Source: an uncultured Nitrososphaeraceae archaeon
GTDB lineage: Archaea > Thermoproteota > Nitrososphaeria > Nitrososphaerales > Nitrososphaeraceae
Assembly: GCA_963837175.1 (NCBI GenBank)
Contig: CAWIMJ010000039.1
Location: 32,001-96,000 of the forward strand
Reading direction: 5' to 3'
DNA length: 64,000 nt
The notes beneath the pieces are model-generated. The model was not told the DNA's origin, did no database searches, and saw only the letters and a list, made by a program, of their open reading frames with translations. This document shows positions 55,710-64,000 of this stretch, piece after piece; within the stretch, counting starts at the first letter, position 1; every line of letters starts with the position of its first letter. Both the position numbers and the translations under genes were made by a program.

Positions 55710-57425
55710 ATGAGTAGTCATAATGAATTTTCACACTTTGTAGAAATATGTGAAAATATTCGCTCAACAAATAGTAAGAATGCCAAAGTAAGTATTCTTT
55801 CTGACTATCTTGCAGGCTTGGATGAGGATTCATTACCTATTGCTGTTCTGTTCTTATCTGGAAGAATCTTTCCACGAGGTTCCAAACTGAATATAAATAT
55901 AGGATTTAGTACAATAATGCAATCCCTTTCTGAAATTGCGATGCTAGATGCAAGCGAAATTCAACAGATTTACCTCACACATGGAGACATGGGTGCATTA
56001 TCCGAATATGCAGTATCAAAAAAGCATATGATTTCACTTTTTGGGCAACAGCAACTAACATTATGTTTTGTATATAATCGACTCAAAAAAATTGCAGATA
56101 CTGTAGGTCCAGGTGCTGGTAAAAACAAGACAAAGATTTTGACAGGACTACTTATCGATATTTTGCCTCTGGAAGCAAAATATCTCATAAAAATCATTAA
56201 TGGCGAGATGAGGATTGGCTTGGTTGAAGGGCTGGTTGAAATTGCGATTGCGAAAGCATTCAAACAGGATATCCAAGTTATAAGAGAAGCTATGCTGGTT
56301 GCTGGAGATATTGCTCAAGTATCTATATTGGCAAAAAGAAATTCTTTGGATAAAGCGATAATAAAACCTCTTACTCCTCTAAGTTTTATGCTAGCAGATG
56401 TTATGTTTACTGCTGAAGAAATAATCAAATATTATCAAAAACCTTTGATTTGTGAGTACAAATATGACGGAATAAGAATACAAATGCATAAGTTTGGACA
56501 AGAAATTAGAATGTTTTCTCGTAAGCTTGCAGATATTACAAATGCATTTCCCGAATTGGCTGATGCTGCATTGGCAGCCGCTGCTACTATTACTTCGTCA
56601 TCGCCATCAAATATAGATTTTATTTTGGATGGAGAAATACTTGCTTTCCGAAATAACAAACCAGTGCACTTCCAAGAACTCCAGAAAAGACTTCGTAAAA
56701 AGACTGTCAATGAACAAATCATGATAGAAATCCCAGTGATATACACTATCTATGATATCATGTATTTTAATGGAGAGCCTATAATCAAGAAATCCCTTAA
56801 AGAACGAAAAGAAATTTTATCATCTATAATATTCAAACAACCAATCATTAATTCAAGTTACAAGATTGTAAATTCTGAACAGGAGATTATTTCAATATTT
56901 GATGACAGCAAAGATATTGGTCATGAAGGACTGGTATTGAAAGAACCTTATTCCCTATATCATCCTGGCAAAAGAGGTAGATATTGGGTGAAGCTGAAAA
57001 AAGAACTCGATACTATTGACGCAATTATAGTAATGGCTGAATATGGCCATGGAAAAAGAGCAGGCACACTATCAGATTATACATTTGCTGTAAGAGACGA
57101 GGATAATAGTAAATTAAGAACCATTGGAAAGGCATATTCTGGATTAACTAATGAGGAAATTGATGAAACGACAAGTAAGTTAAAGTCGCTTATGGTAAAG
57201 GATGATGGTTATAAGATAACAGTAAAACCGGATATAGTTTTAGAAATTGCTTTTGATAGTATCCAAAAAAGTGACAGGCACGACAGTGGTTTTGCATTAC
57301 GTTTTCCTAGGATAAAAAATATACGTGACGATAAGACTGTTGCAGACATAGATACACTTGAAAAGGTAAAACAAATCTATGAAAAACAGGTTTATCTAAT
57401 AGAAAAAAAGGGAAATGTTTGCTAA
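55710..57425 (+). CDS. lig: ATP-dependent DNA ligase
   Basis: EYKYDGIR (motif I), FILDGE, EGLVLK, WVKLK, ALRFPR; likely start MSSHNEF. Confidence 0.95.
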   Translation: MSSHNEFSHFVEICENIRSTNSKNAKVSILSDYLAGLDEDSLPIAVLFLSGRIFPRGSKLNINIGFSTIMQSLSEIAMLDASEIQQIYLTHGDMGALSEYAVSKKHMISLFGQQQLTLCFVYNRLKKIADTVGPGAGKNKTKILTGLLIDILPLEAKYLIKIINGEMRIGLVEGLVEIAIAKAFKQDIQVIREAMLVAGDIAQVSILAKRNSLDKAIIKPLTPLSFMLADVMFTAEEIIKYYQKPLICEYKYDGIRIQMHKFGQEIRMFSRKLADITNAFPELADAALAAAATITSSSPSNIDFILDGEILAFRNNKPVHFQELQKRLRKKTVNEQIMIEIPVIYTIYDIMYFNGEPIIKKSLKERKEILSSIIFKQPIINSSYKIVNSEQEIISIFDDSKDIGHEGLVLKEPYSLYHPGKRGRYWVKLKKELDTIDAIIVMAEYGHGKRAGTLSDYTFAVRDEDNSKLRTIGKAYSGLTNEEIDETTSKLKSLMVKDDGYKITVKPDIVLEIAFDSIQKSDRHDSGFALRFPRIKNIRDDKTVADIDTLEKVKQIYEKQVYLIEKKGNVC

Positions 57426-57582
57426 AATAAATGTAGATCTGTTATAATGTGTTGAGTATTAGAACTTCTTAAATCAAAAGGAAAATTTCTAATATGAAAT
57501 TACATTTAGCAATAAGTATTTAAAAATGAATTCAATAATTCATTCGTTAAAATGCTCTAAGTATTTTGACAATCTTGATTAA

Positions 57583-58464
57583 ATGCAAGTATACAGATTT
57601 TTCTTTGTTTTGAACAGGAAAAGTTGTATTGAGTCAAACTATACGGGTTTTTTATTATCTCTAATTATAGGTATAATTATTATGATAAATTCTGTATTTG
57701 CACATGCGCAGCTAGGCAATACAGTTGGTGTAAAAATTACATCACCAAGTACAGGCCAACAAGTGCCAGTTGGCGAGCTTACAATATCAGGAACATCAAC
57801 AGATAATGCAACTTCTGATTGTACAGTATATGCTGATTTGAATAACCTAAAGCCATTTCAAAAAGCAGTTGCAACAGGTCCTGGTGGAGCAAACGATTAT
57901 TCAATGTGGAATTATACATATACTGATAAATATCATCTTATTTCAAATGGGACAAATGAGTTAACTGCCAAATTATCCTGTCTTAATAATCCTTCGAATG
58001 TAACAAAATGGAATAGCGTAAATGTTACCGGACAAAATGTTACCGGACAAAATGTTACCGGACAAGCTGTGTTAATAAAACCTGAAGCAGATGTAAAAAT
58101 TACATCACCAAGTACAGGCCAACAAGTGCCAGTTGGCGAGCTTACAATATCAGGAACATCAACAGATAATGCAACTTCTGATTGTACAGTATATGCTGAT
58201 TTGAATAACCTAAAGCCATTTCAAAAAGCAGTTGCAACAGGTCCTGGTGGAGCAAACGATTATTCAATGTGGAATTATAATTATACGAGAAACTACCATC
58301 TAATTACAGAAGGAGTAAACGAGTTAACTGCCAAATTATCCTGTCTTAATAATCCTTCGAATGTAACAAAATGGAATAGCGTAAATGTTACCGGACAAGT
58401 TGCTTTAATAAAACCAGAAAATGATGTCCCTCCTTTTATATTTTCTATGCCAGCTGTTAAATAA
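57583..58464 (+). CDS. secreted protein with two tandem Ig-like domains
   Basis: Hydrophobic leader plus two near-identical VKITSP...LTAKLSC domains. Confidence 0.82.
   Translation: MQVYRFFFVLNRKSCIESNYTGFLLSLIIGIIIMINSVFAHAQLGNTVGVKITSPSTGQQVPVGELTISGTSTDNATSDCTVYADLNNLKPFQKAVATGPGGANDYSMWNYTYTDKYHLISNGTNELTAKLSCLNNPSNVTKWNSVNVTGQNVTGQNVTGQAVLIKPEADVKITSPSTGQQVPVGELTISGTSTDNATSDCTVYADLNNLKPFQKAVATGPGGANDYSMWNYNYTRNYHLITEGVNELTAKLSCLNNPSNVTKWNSVNVTGQVALIKPENDVPPFIFSMPAVK
57729..58398 (+). repeat. intragenic tandem duplication (363-bp period) with an internal 15-bp x3 repeat
   Basis: 57729..58035 vs 58092..58398 appear identical except one ~40-bp patch; aatgttaccggacaa x3 at 58021..58065. 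Confidence 0.92.
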
Positions 58465-58837
58465 TATGTGGACAAACTAGAGAGGCTTTTATTTTTTAGG
58501 CAACTGATCAACCTGCCTGATAAGTATCCTAGATGGAATGAAATACATCGGCATGGTAGATAGAGATATGTTAATAACATGGTTATTTTTTGTGGCAGTG
58601 AAAAAGAGTAGAGATAATACAAAAAGAGAAAAGATTGAGTTATTGCAGTAATTTTAGAAGTCACTCTTGGTGATAGAGTAACTCAGTAAAATCATGTATA
58701 AAACATCTTTCTATCTTTAGATATGAAAAGATATTTGTCTATGAGCATATTTTTAGTGGCTTATGGAAGATTGAGTAGAATAAAGAGTAAATTTCTTCTA
58801 TTTCTTTACAAATGAGACTTTTTAAGTAATTTCGTCT

Positions 58838-59743
58838 ATGTTATATGGACTTTTGGAAAACAGGATAAGTTCAATTCTCAAGTGGGCAGGAGGAAAAAGA
58901 AGAATTGCTCATTTTCTAAGCAGATTTTGTCCAGAAGTGATTGACCTATACTTTGAACCTTTTCTTGGAAGCGGAGCTCTATTCCTTTATCTTGCCCAGA
59001 CAAAGCCTAGATTCAAAGCAATATTGTCTGATTCAAATAATGACCTTATAAATGTCTATAAGTGTGTTAGAGACAATGTTCGAAACTTAATTGACATTTT
59101 AGAGATACATCAATCAAGTTATTACAAAAACCCAGAGGAGTATTATTATTATATACGGAATACTTACTCTGTAACCAGCGATCTAGAAAATGCAGCTCGC
59201 TTACTTTTTCTAAATAAAACATGTTATAACGGTCTATATAGAGTAAATAAGTCAGGATCGTTTAATGTCCCCCATGGAACTTATGCAAGACCTGTAATTT
59301 GTAATCCCAAAAAATTAGAGGCTTTTTCTGAGATTTTACAAAGAACAAATGCAGAGATAATTTGTGATTATTATCATAATGTAACTCTGAGATGTCAAGC
59401 TGGTGACTTTGTCTATCTCGATCCCCCGTATCTTCCATTGAGCAAAACTTGTTATTTTAAAGATTATACAAAAGAGGAGTTTGGATATCCAGAGCAAGTA
59501 ATATTAGCGAAAGAGTTTAGAAGATTAAGCAACGTAAAATCCACCGTATTATTGTCAAATTCAAATTCCCCATTAATAACGGATTTATATAAAGGCTTCA
59601 ATATAATGACAATACCTACATCAAGACCGATTAACTGCAACGCATCAAATCGTCTGAATTACCATGAGCTTTTGATTACAAATAAAAGATTATTAGTTAC
59701 AAAAGCTGTTACTAATTATGCAGAAACGATGTCAGAAATGTAA
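58838..59743 (+). CDS. Dam-family DNA adenine methyltransferase (D12 class)
   Basis: LKWAGGK, YFEPFLGSGA, YNGLYRVNKSGSFNVP, VYLDPPY. Confidence 0.92.
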   Translation: MLYGLLENRISSILKWAGGKRRIAHFLSRFCPEVIDLYFEPFLGSGALFLYLAQTKPRFKAILSDSNNDLINVYKCVRDNVRNLIDILEIHQSSYYKNPEEYYYYIRNTYSVTSDLENAARLLFLNKTCYNGLYRVNKSGSFNVPHGTYARPVICNPKKLEAFSEILQRTNAEIICDYYHNVTLRCQAGDFVYLDPPYLPLSKTCYFKDYTKEEFGYPEQVILAKEFRRLSNVKSTVLLSNSNSPLITDLYKGFNIMTIPTSRPINCNASNRLNYHELLITNKRLLVTKAVTNYAETMSEM

Positions 59744-60114
59744 TCAACATTTTGAATGCCTTGAATTAACGGATTGTTGGTGCTTTCGTTTGGGAAAATG
59801 TTTCCAAATAGAAAAGGCAATTCAGGATTGTATCTGCAATAACTGTTTGTTAAGAAAGATTTAGGATAATTTTATTTCAAAAGGCCATTTAAATTTTAAT
59901 TGATACTGTTTGAATTCTATTCATCATAGTATTGATGAAAATTATGAAATAATAAATCTATATAATAAAACAATATTTTGCTTGTATTAATGCCACAAAA
60001 GCCTTATACTTTATCCTAATTGTAATCATTTTAAATGCATGCACTGCTACCATTGAGCCCTCGATTGAAATGCTTTAATACATAGTTATCCAAGAATCTG
60101 TTACGAAAGATGAT

Positions 60115-60330
60115 ATGATAAAGCTATCCTGCAGAGAATCAGGATTAGAATGCGATTATATCGCAGAAGGTAAAACAGAGGATGAAATCTTGAAGAATAT
60201 TTCCAAACACGCTATGGACTTTCATAACATGCGAGCAGAAGACATATATCAAGACAATATATCTGCAGCCTTTTTATGCCAAGCGATAGGTAAAATGACA
60301 TCTACCCACGATAATCAAAAATTAGATTGA
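60115..60330 (+). CDS. DUF1059 domain small metal-binding protein
   Basis: LSCRESGLECDYIAEGKTEDEILKNISKHAMDFH. Confidence 0.85.
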   Translation: MIKLSCRESGLECDYIAEGKTEDEILKNISKHAMDFHNMRAEDIYQDNISAAFLCQAIGKMTSTHDNQKLD

Positions 60331-60749
60331 TTCTCTATAAAATAGGCCCTTATTGGTAAAATTGTTTTTGAATCATTTTTGATATTGATTATACTGTATG
60401 TCATACAGATATCAATGTTCGGAAACTATAATGGTTTGCACTCAGTTCGTATCCACATGTGACCGGTCATCATTGTATTCCCACAGTCATTACTATGAGT
60501 GTATATACACTGCTTTGAATTATCATCTCTCTCCCTATTCATTTTCAAATCATATCGAAATCCGATTTCTACTATAATAATGACAACACTCAACATTCTT
60601 GCATTACTCTACATTGGAGGTCTCGGCACATTTTACTTAAGAAAAATCATAATCGCCTATATTCGGTTACGAATCTGTTGTACAATTATTCCTCTCGCAA
60701 TTCAAAGTGCTTTTTTCTTTCGTTTCATTTAGATCTTCGATTATTGTCC

Positions 60750-61585
60750 TTAATTGAAGGATTGCTTCATCATTTAATAAAATTCATCATCAGACATATT
60801 TCTTTTAGCTTCTAACCACATTTCTGCATCCTTTCCTGCTAAATATCTTAGGCTAGGATTTTCAGCTGTAATAGCATTAAGTACTACTGCTGCTACAACT
60901 TCTGGAGAAGAAGCATTCTCCAACATGTGCTCAAAGCTAGTAGACATTTTTTGCATTATCTGAGAATATGGTGAATTGGGTTTTGAGATTTCTTTGCAAT
61001 AACCATGTCATTTGCAATATTTGTTTTAATAACTCCTGGTTCTACTAAGATAACTTTTATTCCAAATGACTCCAATTGCTAGGACATTGATTCACTTAAA
61101 CCTTCAACTGCAAATTTAGTACTAACATAAGCAGAACCTGCAGGATAACCAAATCTTCCCGCTCCTGAACTAATATTTACGATAGTACCAGATTTCTGTT
61201 TTCTCATAATTGGAAGGACTGCTTGAGTTGTTCTTATCAATCCAAATAGATTTGTATCAAATTGTGCTTTTATCTCTTCTATTGCAAGGTCTTAAATGCA
61301 CCAGTAAGCGCATACCCTGCATTGTTCACCAACACACATCTATACTATCTTCTTTAGACACTATTGCTTTTATTGCATTTGTGACTGATTTATTATCTAT
61401 AACATCAAGTTGTTCTATATGAATAGGCAAGTTTTCTTTAGGTACTATTGATTTTATATTTTCACTTTTAGCTAGATTGCGCATTGTAGCATACGTTTGA
61501 AATTCATTTCTTGCCAACATTAAAGCAATTTCACAACCTATTCCACTTGAACTACCTGTAACAACAACACGGATGCTTTCTCCAT
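60750..61585 (-). pseudogene. SDR family oxidoreductase, multiple frameshifts and a stop
   Basis: VVVTGSSSGIG, YATMRNL, NNAG, IVNISSG, YVSTK. Confidence 0.85.
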
Positions 61586-61769
61586 TCGGTTTATTATTAT
61601 TCTTATTACTTCAGGAATAATAGTGAGTTATAAGATTCATAGGATTTATCAGTCCTGCAAACCTAGCAGAATAAATCAGTAAGAATTCTTATGAGTGTCA
61701 GTTATGTTACTTTAGAGATAATAGACAATGAAAATATTCATGATAGTCTGTTGTATAAATAATTCTAGG

Positions 61770-62000
61770 AGAATGTATTGTTGAATATGACAAAGCTATG
61801 TCTGATTGCTATTTCTTTAATTCCAGTGTAATTTATCTCTGAAGTCTTTAATATATCCATTCAATTTCTCTTAGGTTATTATTTCCAATTTTAAGAAGGT
61901 TAATGACATGTGGTACACTCATTCCTGCAGCTATAGATAATCTATGTAATTTTAGAAGTGGTTCAATGTCATCTTTAATCTCTTTATAAACCGGATTCTA
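61770..62000 (-). pseudogene. remnant of a helical/coiled-coil hypothetical protein
   Basis: VYKEIKDDIEPLLKLHRLSIAAGMSVPHVINLLKIGNNNL with downstream stops. Confidence 0.4.
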
Positions 62001-62099
62001 GATGTTTCCACAATAAAAGATAGCAAATATTATTCCATTATATATATTGCGTCACAAGGCTACTAGGATAAACCTTTGAAAGACATACAGCTTCTCATA

Positions 62100-62464
62100 A
62101 GTTTCTTTCAAGATAGGAAATGATGTTATAATACAGTCAGATAAGCCATTATTATCTGCTATAGTAGAGCTTGGAAAGAATCCTATTACCATTGGCAATA
62201 TACAGAATCTCACAGTTACTATTATGGACTTGAGTTCAAACGGAAAGATGATAGGTGCTTCTATCTCTAGAGAATTGCCTTATCTTTCTGGGAAGTCTAT
62301 TAAATTACAAAAAGATGTTACTAATGCCATGCGTCTGATCTCATGCACTTGCATGATAGACAACACCTCTGAGACCGGCATGTAGAGTTGTCATTGTAGC
62401 ATCTGCAGCAGAGTATGAATCTCAAACGATTATCAAAACATTTAACGTAACCAGGATTTCATAA
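62100..62464 (+). pseudogene. Ig-like domain remnant
   Basis: KNPITIGNIQNLTVTIMDLSSNGKMIGASI...VVIVASAAEYESQTIIKTFNV with stops and shifts. Confidence 0.45.
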
Positions 62465-62596
62465 CTATAGTTCAAAAACTAATATTCACCAAAAAAGTAT
62501 GGGAGAGTTTGGTTGAGGAAGAATAATCTAAGTTGTAAAATGTTAACACATACAAGAGAAAGGTAAAGCACCTTTCTCTTTATTTTATGAATATAT

Positions 62597-62745
62597 GGCT
62601 CTGTAGAAACCATCGATATTATTGTAAGATTGGTTGGTCTGTGCATATTGTAAGCGATGCATTTGAATGATAATTCTCTATTCTGTGTTCTAACTAGCAG
62701 TGATGTAATAATATGTTCTCCAAATAATCTTTTCATACTGTATAA
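62597..62745 (-). mobile_element. IS5-family remnant (transposase C-terminus plus terminal repeat)
   Basis: MKRLFGEHI...RTQNRELSFKCIAYNMHR running into ggctctgtagaaac, a plausible IS end. Confidence 0.7.
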
Positions 62746-63107
62746 TACAGTATAAATTGATACTTAATTTGATATGACTCCTGATCATCTTATAGTAGTT
62801 AAATACGTTGATATAGTTATCCGAATCCAGAACAATTTTCTAATCTCCAGAAAATCAACCGAGCCTTTAGAATGTGCAAGCATTATCATTTAATTTGTTA
62901 TTTTGTTTAAGATCTGAGTATTCGTGCTACCATAGTGTAGACGTAGATAATAGGACAAGATTGATTTGGGCCGAAATGGGTGTAAATCAAATTTGACATA
63001 GATTTAAGACCTAAGTTACTATGATGGTCAAGTCACCATACTGCAACGTATTGGTGATCAGATTATAATATCAATATCAATGAGAAATAGGTATTATTAT
63101 TACTTAT

Positions 63108-63830
63108 TTAAAATCTATGTCCAATACTTTTGAACCTCATTATAGCCCAATTCCAATTGTATCCAGCAAAAGCTGCAAGCGCCATCACTACAAAATCACG
63201 AGGCTTTCCTTCTGTATCGGTATCCAAAATGATAAGTCCTGCTATTATAGATACATAAACAATGGCTCCAAGTATTCCGCCAATAAATGGAGCACTAAAA
63301 TATTGTATCATCCATGTATTTCTATAATCCCTGTTTTGAACATGTCTCCACAGATACCATATGTCCTGGAAAAGACCACCTATCATTCCCCAGATAACTG
63401 CTTGCATAGCCAAAAGTTCAAAACCAAGCTGTTCAGAGGGTAGTTCCCAAATGAGAAAATAAAACGAGACTATTGAAAAGAGCATACCTATAAAATAAAT
63501 CCATAAGTGAAAAGCATATGCATTAACAAATCTCCACCAAAATGATGCATCATATATAGCGGCATGATAATATCTTTCTGCTTCCATTAAGTTGCGTTCA
63601 CATGCTAAGAGATGATTATCTATTAATTCATGTCTAGCATTTAATAAACACTGGAGTATATCGTCTGCAATTATATTTGATACTTTCTCCTGTGAAAACA
63701 ATCCATTCTCTGATGCTACCCTGAATTGTAATGATAGTTTATCGATTCTTTCTTCATATTCCTTAACTACTATTTCTTCCTCGAATTCCTTACTTTTCCT
63801 TTCATTTTCTTTTGATTTCGCTGGGGTCAA
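63108..63830 (-). CDS. membrane protein (helical N-terminal domain plus 4 TM helices)
   Basis: WGMIGG, APFIGGILGAIVY and LAAFAGYNW glycine-zipper-like TM motifs. Confidence 0.75.
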   Translation of the reverse strand: MTPAKSKENERKSKEFEEEIVVKEYEERIDKLSLQFRVASENGLFSQEKVSNIIADDILQCLLNARHELIDNHLLACERNLMEAERYYHAAIYDASFWWRFVNAYAFHLWIYFIGMLFSIVSFYFLIWELPSEQLGFELLAMQAVIWGMIGGLFQDIWYLWRHVQNRDYRNTWMIQYFSAPFIGGILGAIVYVSIIAGLIILDTDTEGKPRDFVVMALAAFAGYNWNWAIMRFKSIGHRF

Positions 63831-63845
63831 AGAAAGAGTCTCTCG

Positions 63846-64000
63846 TTATGTGGTTTGTGAGCGTCGCAGCAGTGTAAGTATTTGAGCCAAAACCCATTGT
63901 AGTGTTTCTATCTCTGCCCACAGGCTTTCTAGATATACTTTATTAGGAGACGGATGCATCTCCGTTTTCTTCTGTATTATTCTATTCTGTAGTATCTCTT
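63846..64000 (-). CDS. EIETLQWVL-family microprotein, copy H (open frame; 5' end outside the window)
   Basis: EILQNRIIQKKTEMHPSPNKVYLESLWAEIETLQWVLAQILTLLRRSQTT*. Confidence 0.78.
   Translation of the reverse strand, partial: EILQNRIIQKKTEMHPSPNKVYLESLWAEIETLQWVLAQILTLLRRSQTT

Noticed and set aside
57729-58398. Diversity-generating retroelement TR/VR pair
   Set aside because: Differences are not adenine-specific (e.g. act/acg, tat/tac), both copies are in-frame domains, and no reverse transcriptase is in the window
10864-64000. CRISPR array or integron attC cassettes made of the dispersed repeats
   Set aside because: Copies are kilobases apart, on both strands, conserved mainly as protein sequence, and there is no cas or integron integrase gene or attC-like palindrome
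1-64000. tRNA, rRNA or tRNA-derived att sites
   Set aside because: No GC-rich cloverleaf or rRNA-like segment was recognised by eye; a covariance-model scan would be needed to exclude them

Overview
AT-rich archaeal DNA. The gene families (TrmB-like/Cache histidine kinases, stand-alone receivers, DUF6659, DUF1059, PPOX-F420 enzyme, SftH/Hrq1-type helicase, secreted Ig-like proteins) look like those of a soil ammonia-oxidising archaeon of the Nitrososphaeraceae; this is an inference, as no marker gene is in the window. The window is an accessory-rich mosaic. A few intact or nearly intact islands (ars cluster, DUF1998 helicase plus deacetylase, CUT1 sugar ABC transporter, DNA ligase, two orphan DNA methyltransferases) sit among many gene fragments, two IS elements, an IS remnant, terminase-/integrase-like fragments and decayed defence-type genes (TIR, Mrr-like). 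Many frameshifts fall in homopolymer runs and may be long-read errors, but in-frame stops and abrupt truncations indicate real decay too. The most striking feature missed by the ORF track is a dispersed family of about nine ~60-70 aa helical-hairpin microprotein genes or remnants (consensus LEDxLxNRIxKKKxEMH...IWTEIETLQWVL), several cut off at junctions between unrelated DNA blocks. Also notable are an ars operon with an HxlR-type regulator and an aquaporin carrying a 10-Cys tail, and a >=410-bp inverted duplication enclosing ~7.5 kb. I found no rRNA, tRNA or CRISPR array by eye. All family assignments come from motif recognition, without database searches.
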